Shown: piece by piece, positions 38,135-51,979 of the stretch
How the letters are laid out: each line of letters starts with the position of its first letter
How positions within the stretch are numbered: position 1 is the first letter of the stretch
Assembly (NCBI GenBank): GCA_011109175.1
Contig: RDEW01000016.1
Location: 558,134-622,133 of the forward strand
DNA length: 64,000 nucleotides
Direction: 5' to 3'
Source of the DNA: Dicyema japonicum
Taxonomy: Eukaryota > Animalia > Dicyemida
Notes under the pieces: model-generated
Databases searched by the model: none
What the model was told of the DNA's origin: nothing
Seen by the model: only the letters and a program-made list of their open reading frames with translations
Translations under genes and position numbers: made by a program

Positions 38135-39400
38135 TTTATTTATTAACCCCGGGATCACCAAAAGAAAGACAAAAGTAATGTCAACTAGTTAGGTGATCCG
38201 AGTTCCCGCAACAAAACGTGCCATTCGAAGCCTGTGTGTCTCCATTGTTCCCACTGTCGAACGGAAATGCCTTCTTTGATCCTTGAAAAGGAAGCCGACT
38301 GGGGACTGAAATTTCTTAGCCAACCGAATTTCTTTTGCGTGGAAGTGAGAGGCTTAGTGGGTGTCCATCTTCATCGCAGATGGGGAGAAATCTGGAACCA
38401 CATCTACGAGTTGTAGATTTTCTCAGCAGGTGAGCTAGTTCCACATTGTGGTCCCAGCATAAGTATTGTTTTCCTTTGCAGCAAGTTTAGTTTTTTGATA
38501 GTGCCCTCTGATAACGCGAATCTCCACGCAGCAGAGGCATATTCCACGGCCGGCGTAATTGTCTGGCGGAATATGGTTCCGATTGCTTTATTCATATTCG
38601 CCGGGGTTTTCTGGATGAGGGCCCGTGTGATATTTAATTTTTATAGACATTTGGTAAAGACAAGTTTGGCATGGTAGGTAAAATTAAGCAGCCTATCGTA
38701 TGTCACTCTCAGGATTTAGGGTTTATTGTGACAGGTATTCGAGTATGTCCGATGAAAATTTCTGGTTAATCTTTATACCGTCTGTCTGAAGTGAATAGAG
38801 TGCATGTTGATTTTGGAGCCAATACCGAGAGACGGTTAGCTATCAACCAATCGTGGATATAATCCACTTTCTTCTGTGCGAGTGAGACTGCTTCTTGTTG
38901 CAATGATGATATCGTCAGCATAAGAAAGCAGTAAAACGTTCTTGTCAATGTCTGCTGGCAAGTCGTGGAGGAAAAGGTTGAATAGAGTGGGGGACAAAGG
39001 CGAACCTTGGGGCACTCCGTTTGGTAGTAAACGTGATCGTGATCTGAGGTGGCCACAGATAACCCTCCCATGTCTTCCAAATAAAAAATTGGTTAACCAT
39101 AGCTTCAAGTTAGGGGAAGTTTTGAATCAAAGATTTTTCCAATTAAATTATCCTCGGTACCTAGTCAAACGCCTTGCTGATGTCAATCGAGACCATTGTT
39201 GTTCGCATGTGTTTTGGGTAGTGTTGAAATCATCCGCAATGAACTGCGAAAGCGTTAACAAGAAAGTCGTGATTGATCTTCGAGAACGGAATCCGTGGTC
39301 AGTTTTCCAATGAACGTTGATTTGCTTAATTGGTCATTGAGTGATTTCGAAAGAATCGTCGGTGGACTAATATCTGCATTCAAGAACTCGTAAGAACCAG
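38135..39400 (-). mobile_element. Ingi-like LINE RT and 3' end
   Basis: LPNGVPQGSPLSPTLFNLFLHD, SYADD, PAVEYASAAW; tail ggtgatcccggggttaataaataaa. Confidence 0.88.
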
Positions 39401-39469
39401 ATTGGAAGAACTCTAACAAAAATAGTCTCGATAGTTCTTAGTTAATAAATTTAGATTAAATTCGTTGGA

Positions 39470-40485
39470 TTAGTTTAGTGAATAAATTCCGCATTCTCTG
39501 ATTATTACAGGTTGTAAAGATCTCTGATTTTCCAATTCAAGGTTTTCAATTGTTGCCAACAAAGTCGACCCCTCAATTAATCGACTTAAATAAAGAATCA
39601 CCCCCACCCAAAGGCCACAAATTTCTTGTCTAACCAATCACAACTTTGTAAGGTAACGTAAAACTGTGACCCATTGCTGTGCCTACCTTTATTACACATT
39701 CCTAATATCCCCCGTCTGTCATGCTTTACTGTAAAGTTCTCGTCTTCAAAAGTCGGTCCATAAACTGACTCTCCTCCGTCCCCTCTTTGAAACCAAAAAT
39801 CTTAAAGTTTATAATTTATTCCTGCCTCCTCCTTGGATCCAACCACATTTTACGACTCTGTGAATCAATGTGTCCTTGTAAGTGATCTCAAAGTCGTTTT
39901 CTGATAGTCTTTCGCCCCCAACACAAATCCGTTTGAAATTCTCGCAGGTTTTTGTGACTTTGTCAACAAATAACTATCCATTATGAATTATTAACCTCAA
40001 AAACAAATCTCCCCCCATAATCCCCGTCAATTTCCACGTCAAAGTAAACAAAGTCGTTCTAGATAGACACTGAACAACAAACCTGGGTTTTTTCTATCAT
40101 TTTTTTGTAATCACTGCGTGCCAAGGCCTGATAAATCTCCCTGTTTCGAAAATCCACGTAATCAAAGTTTTCATTTACAAAGACTTCAAAGTCTTGTTCA
40201 TTCCCAATGTAATTTCCATCGTTGGAACACATTGCATATCCTTCGAACCCCCAAACTTCTCCACCTCGTTTCTCACTATTAATTAAAGTAAAACAAGTTT
40301 AGTCTTCTGGACAAACTCATTCCACTGAAATTCAAAATATTCTTTTATTTTTATTTGAACGTTGAAGTTTCTGTTCAAGTCCTACAAGTTGAGAATCATT
40401 CAACCTTAGAGACATATTTAACTTTAGAGAATTCCTCAGAATTGACTAATCCGTGAATTTCAAGGCTAAAATTAGAGGTTACCAT
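39470..40485 (-). CDS. PPIL6: cyclophilin-type PPIase-like 6 (291 aa, 6 introns of 22-25 nt, one GC-AG)
   Basis: KTCENF, HRVVKCGWIQGG, GGESVYGPTFEDENF, RGILGMCNKGRHSNGSQFYVTL, DKKFVAFG; N-terminal extension aligns with PPIL6; spliced length 876 nt. Confidence 0.92.
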
Positions 40486-41652
40486 GGAAATAACTATTTT
40501 TTATAATTCTGTCATTAATATTGCCATGGGGCGATAATACAATTTTAAGCAACAAATAACTAGTTTGTTTGATCTCTTGAATATTGAACCTCCTGGTATT
40601 CTTTCATTCAAACAACTTATTATTTGTGTTAAAATTAAACAAATAATATTTTACACGATTAACTACACAACTCCTTGTTGGTCTGCTTCCCTGACAAACT
40701 GCAAAATATCCAAAACATCGGATGTCTTAACTCATTCCCTATTAATCATCTTCATTAGGAATCAAAAATCTTTCCCATTGCAGAACATTGCAGTTCCCCC
40801 AAGCCTAGAGCCAAGTCACTCTCTATGCAAATCCCTAAACAAAATAAAAATTATTACCGTGACCTGTCCCTTATGATCCTTAAAAATCATCCCTCCCAGC
40901 CTCAATGACCGGTGTCGTTTGAAATACACGATTTTGTTTCTACAAGAGTCCAATCGACCAATAAAAATCCTTTTTTCTGTGGGACACCCGAGTAAACCTG
41001 TGTCGTCTACGGTGTGAAGACCATTCATTTCTACCGATCTACGTACGTAAATTTGATGATGCGAAAGATCTCCTCTGATTTTTTTCATCAACCTCTCCGA
41101 GTTGATAGAAAATCATAGAAATGAAACAGGTACTTACTGGAGTCACCGAGAAAAGACATAGAAAAAGTAAACTATTAAGTGATCTTAGTCATTGCAATCT
41201 GTGATCCCCCATCATACCCATTTTAGATAGAAAACGTCTCTTCTAGAGCTTGCAAGGACATCAATCAGGTAAAAAAATTCCGAGTCAATAAATTTTCTTT
41301 CGAATGGGATAATGTAAAGCGAAAAACGAAAAAAATCGGTCTACATTGTGCACACGAAGGGTCTGTCGATATTACATGTTTATTTTTACAAGTCTCGTCT
41401 CTAAAAGTGGGAATCTCATGCGGATGAGGAATACTCCACAGTCGATAGTTTGTCGATAAATTCTTGTTTGTCCAAATGAAAAAGACTGCTATTGTCCTTA
41501 TGTCAGATACACGACCGGATACCACCCACTGGTGTCCAATTCAAGTTGGAGAGAGCAGAACAGTAATTATGAGATAATTATAAATAGGTAGTGAAAATTG
41601 TATATTGTTGGACAACCATGAATTAACTAGTAAAATTGGAAGATATTAAAAG

Positions 41653-42656
41653 TTAATAAACTATAGAGTAATTAAAACATTCCGCACTTCTAAAAGGCTT
41701 TAAGAAATGTCTCAAAACGGCAAATACGAGTTTGATACTGAAAGTCACTCCTCCAAGTAAGAGAATGCAAAGTCCAATCTTTGTATCAATTGGAATGTTC
41801 AAAAAAACATTTGGCCGAAATAAGATTATTGCACCCCCGATAACCATGGCTGAAATGTAGTGGAAAATGACGTATCTAGTATATTTTTCTGATAAAAAGA
41901 GATCCGTAAGAAAAGAGACAAATACCCAGGCCATATAAAGACTCCCACATATGATCCCCGAAAGATCTTTGTTGACTGGGCCAAATATTCCCCATTCTGT
42001 ATAGGCCATAGAAACCGACAAGTTCAATAAACCGAGATAAGTGAGCCAGGAAGTAGCCAGAGAAAGGCCATTGAGACCGAGGATCCTCAGAAACCACACA
42101 TCTTTGGCTTTAGCACTCTCAAAGAGAACACTTTGACAGAAAAAAATGTGGTAAGCGAATACATAATATGTGACATTAGCAAAGACAGCGGTCACTAGAA
42201 TTACCAAAGCACTCAGTTGAAAATACAGTCTGTTCCCAGAGAAACAGATAACCGACAAAGGCAAACGATGAAAAAATGATGTAAAAGTACATAATTGGGT
42301 GGATAATTCCTCCACGTGGATTCTTATACAAGTAAATTTTGTCTTGACTGCAGTCATCTGAGGATTTATCGACATATTCAATTCTTCTGGTTGTCGTTAA
42401 GAGAGCATATGCATTAAAGAGTATGAGCCAGAGAATGATAACACTCCAGTGATTGTTATTCCACCAAATTGAAGTAATCGGGGTGATGTGCTGGAATTGA
42501 ATTTTTGCAGTTAAATTTGTGAATAAACCTAATAATGACTTTATTACAACAACCATAATTGAACTTTTTGGGGTCACTCAGCATAAAAATGACCCCAGAA
42601 CCTAAGACAGAGAGGATTGAGAATATCAATAGGAAAATAGTTACTTTTCCGTTCAT
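41653..42656 (-). CDS. uncharacterised multi-pass membrane protein (PTHR33802-like); 25-nt intron at 42529-42553 and a +1 frameshift near 42233
   Basis: HITP..IW, LFLW(DR), NGLSLATSWLT..LLNL and EKYTRY motifs recalled from that family; family assignment is from memory. Confidence 0.6.
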
Positions 42657-43183
42657 CGTTGCTATTATATAATTTTAGTTGTTTTTATAGTCCTGAATTT
42701 GATAGTTATTAATCTGATACTATTTTGTTTCCAATCATCTAGGAATTACCTACTTTCAACGTAGCTATCTGCTCTTCAACCACATCTCTAGTGAGACAAC
42801 TTTCCCTTGCTCTTCCATTTCTTTTCAGGTCTCATTCTGAAACAAACTTTATAGCCACTCTCCAACAATGATATGAGTTATCTCGAAAAAACTGTGTCTC
42901 AACCATGTTACCTGTTGACTTCTTTCTCGGTGTATGATAAAATTAAAACCCGGGGGCACATTTAGTGTATGTCATTCTAATGTGGGACTAGGCTGGGTGA
43001 GAAAGGCAGACTATCTTTTCTGATGTCATTGTCCTGTAAGGTTACAGAATATAAGACAATATCTGATAAAGTAATTGAATCAGCAAGAAATTTAATAATA
43101 ATTTGATATAATCATATTCTATTGATATATCTTCTGGAAACTTAATTCTAAAAATAATACTTAGTCTATATTTTTATAAAACT

Positions 43184-43420
43184 GCAAGATCGTCCAGTGT
43201 AATAAGTTTCCGAACCAAAATCTGGAGGATCCGGATTCGAATCCCGCTGCTGTCCATTCAGTTGAAGGTTTCACGCATCACGATATTTTGGGGTTGACGA
43301 GTGACGGCCGTCATCAGTGTTTCATCACTGCGGAAGTGGATTATCTTATGGGTCACAATCTAAAAGATCGAGAAAAGACTTTCAATGTCTTGGCCTTTGA
43401 TTAATTACTGTTCTTGAAAA
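43184..43420 (+). mobile_element. tRNA-derived SINE
   Basis: B box ggattcgaatccc (43233-43245); shares its body with 4880-4984 and its core with 23819-23990. Confidence 0.8.
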
Positions 43421-45449
43421 TTTAAAGCCAATTTATAAGGAAAAAAGTGTGCAAATTGTCATATAGCAGCCGTCCCGTTTCAACCTCTGGCCTTCTCATA
43501 GCAGAACAGGTTCCAGAGGCACTTCTTGAGTAGGTTAAGGGGTAAACGTGTCGGTGCACGTGATGTCCCAGACAAGAGGTTTCCCGGCTTCAAAGGGGAA
43601 GATTGAATCGCATCTGTCGTTTTTGTCACGCCTGCAAAGACCGACTGGTTCGAGCATGGAGAAATGTCGGCAGCGCCTGAAGCTCGTCTAACGACTTTGT
43701 CCGAGGTCTTCTTAAAGTAAAGTTTAATTTCTGCCTAAGGAGAGGTTTAAGTTATGGTAACATTACCTACTCCTCATCAGAAGGGCTGTAAAAACTAGAC
43801 TTTTGGTCCTAATGGATTTCGGACAATTTTAAGTTTAGGTAATAAGAAATTTGTAAAGGAACATTGAGGGAAGATGAAGACCTTGATGGGTTGAGAAATT
43901 CTGATTTCAAAAGAGAATGTATAAGTGATTAATGAGCAGGATCATCAAGCACAAGAGTTTGATCTAATCAGGATAAAATTATACCTTTGAATTAAATTTG
44001 AGAAAATAGAACCCTAAACAATTAAAAATTGTCAAACACCAAAACTTTGATAAGCCGTAAATAGGGAATAGAGGAACAATCTAAAGAATGTATTAATCAA
44101 CGTGGTCAATCTCTGTTAACTTCAACAAATCACTTTTTATCGATGATCTGAAAATATCTTTGGGAAATAATGTGAGGATTGACAGAGATTTTCTGAAAAT
44201 TTACACTAATTTGGAGTAAAATACAGATGGATACGCAGGCTACCGCTATCTCAGAGTCTTTTGAAGATAAATAGGAGAATGTAATGAAGAAATTTTGAAG
44301 ACTGAGAGGATTATGGATTTGAATAAAAAGTTTATATCCTCTACTACATTCGACTAATTGTTATCCAATTTGAATATATCGATTAGGAAATTAACTGGAC
44401 TACATCGGAGTATAAAATGCATCTGAAACCAAGGTTATATATTAATTTATTTAGGGAGAAGATATATTTTGCATAAAAGTGAATATGCTGTTTCAATCAC
44501 GAGCAGGAGTCACCTCCAATCGACCAATAAATTAACCAAACTAAAACTGTAATTATAATTTTTTTATTTTTACCGACTGAAAAAGAAAGCTGAACATTTT
44601 ATTATAATTGACGGAAAGTTTATCTGAAAGTTGTTGACGGACACCACAAGCTAGTGATAGCATCAACAAGCACAGAAGAAATGCTCAATAAAATTACCAG
44701 ACATTGTGGACATAATGAATTAAACATTGGAGATATTGTATTTCAATTTATAATTACTCAAAAAGTTCGTATTCAAAAAGATTACCTGACTAATCCTTCT
44801 CTGCGTCTACAAAAGTTTGAATATCCTTACAAAGATCCTGTCACCGTCGTATCAAAAATTATCATCAATTTTGTCAACGTTCAAAAATAGTGAATTACCA
44901 AAGTTCATTCTAAACAGCTTAAAATAGTTAACTATTATTAGTTTATATTTTCTATTAAAAATTAATTTTATTTTTTGACAGTGATTGAAGTTTCACCTTT
45001 GGCTCTCGACAAATTATTATCAGATTTGGAAGATCTTATAGTTAATAGAATCCAGTCTCCCTTAAAAGCAAAGAAAACATCACAATCGACTTAAATATAA
45101 ATACATTTAAAAGAAACAAATTCAAATAAAAGTTCTGAAGTTAGTAGGTTCCACTGATTGGGTAATAGAAATAATAGTATATGTTTTCTTCAAGACGGAA
45201 ACTTGTTCTCTGTGGATTCGATTTACAATTATTTCAAAAAACTAAAAATTCTTGAACCATAAACGCAAAGACAGATGCTTAAATTTGCACTTGTGGAGAA
45301 TGTATGAATCAAAAGTTAACAAAATTATAGATGTGCTCTGTCATCTCGAAATTGAAATTCGAGTAGCCACCACATTGATAACAGAGACTCACCTTCAATA
45401 TAACAATCCTATTTTTGTATAGGACAAACTAAAAGACTGAGAATCATTC

Positions 45450-48220
45450 AAGATTGAATCACATTTATTTATCTAACACCCAAGACCACGGTAAAACCAA
45501 AACTAACTATCACGTGATCCCGATGCGCTCCGCCAAAATCCTCATTCTTTCCCGGTGCTCCTCCCTCGTACCCACACAAGCTCGTACAGGGCGGCTGACT
45601 GTATTTGCAGGGCCACCTTACCGCATGCCGGAGTTTTGTTTAATGAGGGTCTCCAGAGTAGTCGGTCCGGTTCTATGTCTCCTACAAGACCACCGCTCCG
45701 TCATTCTGAAAGCTTTCTTTTGAACGTCCTCAATTTTCTTAGTGTTCGTCCATGATAATGAAGGTCCCCACGAAGCACACGCGTACGAGAAGCATGGTTC
45801 AATGTATTGTTTGTAAATGTTCATCAAGACTGGGTGGGTACCTGTCTTCCATTTCCAGATAAACATTTTAATACATTGATCCTCTTCTCGCACTTCAGAA
45901 CAATGTTTTCCACGTGTGGTGACAAACATAGGTGTGTATCCAGTGTCACGCCCAGGATTTTTTGACATTTACTGAAAGGGATTTCAACGTTGTCCAATTT
46001 TAACTTGACAGTTATCTTCCCTAACTTTTTGTCCGAAGTAAACATAGACGTGACCGACTTTCTGGAATTTATCGTGAGTCAGTTCTTCATTACCAGGCGT
46101 TGAGTCGGTCCAGGTTAATTTGTAATCTTTCTGTAGCATTTTGGATATCCCGATCACGCGAGGCCAAAACTGTGTCGTCCGCATATGTGAGTAGAACATC
46201 GTTATTGGATTCCGGTGTCGGGAAGTCGGTCAGGTATAAATTAAATAAGGTGGGGGATAAAGGAGATCTTTAGGGGACACCGTTTGGGAAAAGAAGCGAG
46301 ACTGATTTCAGTCTCCGAGGCATACACGTCCCTTCGTCCACTTAAGAATTTTGTTATCCAAAGTTTAAGCTTCCCCTGGATCTCGGACTGGAAAATTTTC
46401 TTCGTTGATAATATTTTTCTCGAAATAGAATCAAAGGCCTTGTTAATATCAATGGAACATAAGACTGTCTTCAAATGCCTTAGTTTGTTTGAAAAATCAT
46501 CTCTAATTAAATTGGTTAATTTCTGTAGGTACGTTGATGTAGAACAATAGTTCTTGAATCCGTGCTGAAAATCTTTTTCTGGTAAGAAAGCCTTGATTCT
46601 TCCAAGCCCAAGACTTTCCAGGATTTTCGATATGGAACATAACAATGACACAGGTCTCAATGATGCTGGATCTTCCTTGGTTTCACAGTTTTCAGTATAG
46701 GTCGGATGTTGGCTTGCTTCCATAACAACGGTATTACATTACAATTAATGGAATAGTTATACACCGAAGATAGAAAACCGACTCCAATATTTCCAAGGTA
46801 CTTCAATAACATTACTGGAATGTTGTCGGGACCGGCAGAGTACGTTGTTCTTGTAAAATGCAGCGCATTCTTCACGTCCTTATCCAAGAAGTAAACTGGG
46901 TTAGAATCCTTCTTCAGTTTTCTCCATCAAGAGAGAAGCAATTCCGAATTCCTGTGTTCCTTGTACTAAATTTTTGTGTAGAATTTTATCAAATTGTTAG
47001 CGTCTCGTTGAGTATAGTCATCCTCGGGGAAGTTTCTTCTCCCTTTGCAACATTTCGGATGGCTTTCCACACTTCTCCGGTACTACGGTTGCGATTTACC
47101 TTTGTAAGAATCCGATTCCACTTCAATTTCTGGGCCTTGAACTCTCTGGCCTTTATTTCGTTGTTTAGAGCTCTGATCCGGAGTTTCGTTTTTAATGTGA
47201 TCCATTAGATTTTTTGAGGTGATTTCTTTCTTTGATCAATGCCGACTTCCCTCGACCATTAGAGGAATTTAGACGATGCTTGGGAATAGCCAATGATCTT
47301 GCTTCTAGGATTGTGCAAGTAAAGTATTTGATCGCTTTTTCTAGCGATTTGAAGCTGACCAAGTAACAATTCTTCAGTCTATCATCAGAGATTGCGCGAT
47401 ACAATTCCCAATTAGCAGCTTTGTAGTTATAACTAGCAGGTGTTCTCCTCACTCTGACTTCTCTCATGACCTTCATCACAATTGGATTATGGTCGCTTCT
47501 TGTTTCGTAGAAGACTGACCAATCAATTTTTGATGAAAGCGACGATGAGCAGAGTGTTACATCCGGTGAGGTAGGCCGATCCGTCTCTCTGAGTGGGTCT
47601 TTGTATTTTTCGCTGGATCGTTCAGTATCGTTAGGGAGTCCGATTTCAATAACAATAGCTTCCCTCTCGTGTCGGCCTGTTGGGTTGACAACCATAATGG
47701 GTGCTTTGCGTTTAAATCTCCACATATGATGATCTTATCGTAGATAGCCAATCTTGATAGGTTTGGAATAACATAGTCCTTTGGGCAGGAGCCGGGAAGA
47801 GGCAAGTAGATATTCACGAGGCACATACTTCCTTTCGTTGTCCCAAGCGAGATTCCAATTGCCTCAGTAACCTCGTCATTTCCAACAAGTTTCTTCACTT
47901 CCTAAGTAGTATCTCTGCATTTCAGGTTCTTTTTGAATAGAGTAAGTAGTCCACCCCTCTTCTTTTTACGGTCCATCCAGATTGCCTCGTATCCAGGGAA
48001 TGAAGGAGTGGAATCATGCATGAGGAGTTTAGTTTCTTGAATCATGATGTGCCAGGATTGACCGGAGTTCCCTGACCTTTCCTTTAATTCCGTTGATGTT
48101 TATTTGGAGAGCAGTAAATTTCTTATCTCCACAGTGGGCTGAGGGTTTTCGCTGGGAATGTTTGGACTTTCTTGAAACACATCGCCGGGTGTCAATAATG
48201 ACCCCGGGGGGGGGGGGGGG
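45450..48220 (-). mobile_element. near full-length decayed Ingi-like LINE (EN, linker, RT, C-terminus)
   Basis: LQININGIKGK, CGDLNAKHPLW, RSDHNPI, SAGPDNI, RPVSLLCSISKILE, DINKAFD, IYKQYIEPC. Confidence 0.88.
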
Positions 48221-48793
48221 AAGGGTCTAATGGTCCTTTTCGGCATATTAACATTGCATGGACTAATTGAGAAATCGCATATACGAGAGACAAAACTACT
48301 TTATTGGGCTTCGGTCAAAGTCATCCCGATTGTTTTAACAAGGGATGTTGTAATCTATAAGTTTTATAAAATTATATGGAGGTGTTATTGTTGGTAAAGC
48401 ATACATCCAATAATTGTGGAAACTAAGAACAAGTTTGTCGAGCATAGACATTGAGTCTAACTATACAAAAAGAATTCTCATCTGTTTCTAATCGGTTGTT
48501 GGAGCTTATGAATCAGTGTGAGAACGAAGGAGAGAATGGAGGAGGTGAAATCGATAGCTTCTTCTAAAAGGATAAGGGTCCATGAGTATTTAGATTTGAA
48601 AGAATTTATTCCAAAAGATTAAAGGCCAGATATGGATAACAATGTGCCCGGACACCTCCACGAAGCGCCTTCAAGTTGGTTCGATGTTGCTCCTTTGGGT
48701 GGGCAGACATAGATTGTTATAAAGAGTAAATAATAATTTATTCTTAGATTTGAATTAACAATATTTTATCCATAAAAATTATAACTAAGCAAT

Positions 48794-50078
48794 ATGTCGA
48801 CGATGCTAAAGAATACACTAAAGTACACAGTTCCTGATTGGTTCACGAGGAATTATACTGTCTCTACAAATACAGACCGACAGTGTGAAGCTGCTTGCAA
48901 TGTTAGACAACAGTGCATTAGTGCTCAAAACGACACTCAAATTGACACAAAGTGGGATCAGTTCAACAGCACAAGTCAACTCACAAATAGAATTGAGGGA
49001 ATTCTAAAGTGGAAACACAAACTAGCATACACTCAGGACAATCTAGAAACTGAAATTGAACAGCTTCAGGAGGCTAAAACCTTGCAGAGGCCAGTCTAAC
49101 AGCCATGAATAAACCAAACACGGTGAATGTTGGTTGTGCAACAGTGAGGGATGCAAGGATGAACTCTGATCTGGTCAACGACCTGCCAACCATGCATCTT
49201 CAAAAAGTTCGATTTAAAACTAATTTAAAGGAAAATCGTCTTATAGAAATTTGTCGTTCAAAATTACAGCAAAAAATTGATGATGCGTTCCAACTTGAGG
49301 CACTTTTGAAGGAGTCAAGGCAGCAGTTATTGTCTGATATTGTCGACAAAGACAATGCCATTAACATTGACACGAATCAACGTAATCTTAGGGAAACGTC
49401 TCAAAACATTTACTTAAAGTCAAATTCTAAAAGTGTCCCCTCCAAGTGATCACATTAATTACCTTTCAGGAGTGTGACCCCTCATGATTGGGATGATTAC
49501 AGCACGTTTAATAAATCCAAGGCGGAATCGTTAATTGAACTTTCAAAGACACTAAGACAAGATATTATTCACACTATAAACCAAACTTCTAATGATTTGG
49601 AATATCAGCAGAATCAGACTGATCTGGCTCTAAGAAACAGAGTGCATGAGTATAAACAAGCAACAGATCAGCTTGAATGGCAAAAGAAGAGGGTTTATTA
49701 GATTTATGAATTTAAAGTTGGAGGATGAAATCCGTATTATGGAAGATCAGGTTAATAGTTTAGAAAAATCAATTGCTGATAAATATCCGTTTTTGAAATT
49801 AGCTGAAACTCGTTTAAATAACAGGACAAAGCGTCAGCACGTCGAACTATGTAGAGACAGTCCTCAATATGCCCTAATCCACGAAGTGAAGCAGTTAGAA
49901 GGAACCATCGATTATCTTACTGATGCCTACAATCAGTCAAAGTACCCGTCTTTCTATTAATAGACACACACTGAATTGTTTGCAGGAACAACTCTACCAG
50001 ACAAACCAAGAGCTCGAATGTAAAGCCAACAGTTTAGAATTGGACCGTAAATGTATAAAACTGAGGACCCCAGAATAA
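48794..50078 (+). CDS. TEKT2: tektin-2 (introns of 24, 24, 25 and 22 nt; one -1 frame break near 49080)
   Basis: PDWFTRNY..STN; WDDYS; PFLKLAETRLNNRTKRQHVELCRD (tektin signature); KANSLELDRKC. Confidence 0.92.
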
Positions 50079-50984
50079 TTTAGTGATCCCTAATACTACT
50101 CATTAATAATCATAATTGTTAACAAAGAATATTTTAGTCTCAAATATTATAGCATTTTAGAAGCTTCCCACGAATAGACTCACTAGAGAAACCAATTAAA
50201 TATGTTTCATACATTTTAAAGTTTTGTGGATATCATTAGAACAAAACTTGAACATATAACACAAGTGCCACACTAAAAAAATATTTTGTCTACTAGACTC
50301 TTCCAAATTTCTCTATTGCGTGCTCTTCAGCACATTGTTTCCTCTTTTAGTCGCTGTTTAACCGGCTTCAGATCTTTGTTTAGTAATGACTAGGGCTATT
50401 TAAAAGATATAAAATTTTTTGATCATACTTTAATCTATATTTTTAACCACAATCAATAGAACGTGTTTGATTTACTGTCATATCCTATTTTGTTCCCTAT
50501 GCAATAAAATAAGCGATTCATCAAAGAAATTTAAAAGTACTACAACAAAGGATATTTTTAGAAGATATCTTTTCAGAGATATCAGGTGTCTTCCTGATGT
50601 TGTTACCACAAGCTATCTTAGATAATTTTTAGTCGTTGCTGAAAATACTACAGTTCAACCCCTGCCCCAATAGAAAACACCTCAAATACGGAAAGTAAAA
50701 TAATGTATCCTTTTTTCAATACTATTTTTAATTTTTTAAATTAAATAGCATATTAAAAATAAAAAAAGCAATTTTATTTATTGTGACCAGTTGACAACGA
50801 CTCCAGGTTGAGAACGATCCGCAAAATCGATTTAACCGTTAAAGCCGTTTAACCGTATGACCGAAAGTAACGGTTACCGGTTGAGACGGTTAAATACGAC
50901 CCATTAAGAATCGGAACTTAATAAACCATTATATTACTGCCGCTCGGACAGTATGACAAGCGAGGCGGTTGAATTAGAAAAATT

Positions 50985-51537
50985 AACGATTTATTAACAA
51001 AAGAGTTAAGGAGTTTTCTGGAGGGTATTACATCTGAGTTCTACCATAAGGCTTGAACTCCACACCTGGACCCTTCCTCCTTTTTATATTAATTTTTTTC
51101 AGGACGTTTCTCCCAGCTTTATATACGTGTCTTGGATCTTTGATCTCCTCCTGAAATCATTGATCCGATCCTCCACAATCCTGGTAATCGATTCTAAGAG
51201 CTGTTTTCGTTTTTGCTTAGACAGTCTTTCAGTTTCTTGTTTAAGGAGAGCTCAATTGCAGCTCTCCTAGTATTCTCTAGGAGGGATAAGATCTCCTTCT
51301 TCGGAGAAAAGAACCACTCCTCGCACCCATAAAGTAGGATAGGAAGAATAACTCCCTTGAAGATAAACAGGTAACTGTCGCGGCTGACGTGTAACTTTCA
51401 TGTACATAAGAGCGACTAAAAGGCTCTCTTTCCCTTTATTTCGTCCATGTAATCTCCTGCGTGTTCATAGTCGACCTAGGTAGCGCAGACTGTGTACATT
51501 GTTTACTCCCAGTGTGTATTCTTGTTTCAGGTGTTTC
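50985..51537 (-). mobile_element. second copy of the CR1/L2-like 3' fragment
   Basis: Reverse-complement match to 12075-12630. Confidence 0.85.
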
Positions 51538-51979
51538 AAGACAAATAATAAGTGATATAAACATAATGTAATTTAAATCAATATGGTTTTTAATAATATA
51601 TATTTTAAAGACAATATTTTTCCATAAGCATTTCTAACGATGATAAAGATATAAACCCTAATGATGTAAATTTCCCTAATATGATCGAATTCTAAAAATA
51701 CTTTATTAAAAGTCTTTAGTAAAAAGTAAATTGATTGTCGTCATGTGTACGGACGTTCCTACACTTTGCTACATACTCCTCGTAAAACAAATATGAACTA
51801 TGATGTTGATGCATACTCCAGATAAATTATATTTATTAAATGTTGTATACTAATATTGACTAATAAAAAATTAATCATTTTAAAATATTAACAACAAATT
51901 ATTTTTAATCGAAAAATCATTTTAATCGAAAAAAAACATGTGTGTAAAGTGTTATAAAAAATGCTTGAAATTGTAAATT

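Noticed and set aside
38145-38152. GGGTTA at LINE ends as a telomeric repeat
   Set aside because: It is a single hexamer, never arrayed, and is explained by the LINE terminus.
40520-41600. Possible spliced gene between PPIL6 and the membrane-protein gene
   Set aside because: Coding-like composition, but I could not build a consistent spliced ORF or recognise a domain.
44050-44900. R4-like RT traces and a third integrase-like fragment
   Set aside because: The motifs (FIDDLK, HCGH) are too decayed to call.
48260-48700. Possible gene divergent from TEKT2 (MSAHPKEQHR...)
   Set aside because: No recognisable homology, and the splice model needs an atypically long intron.
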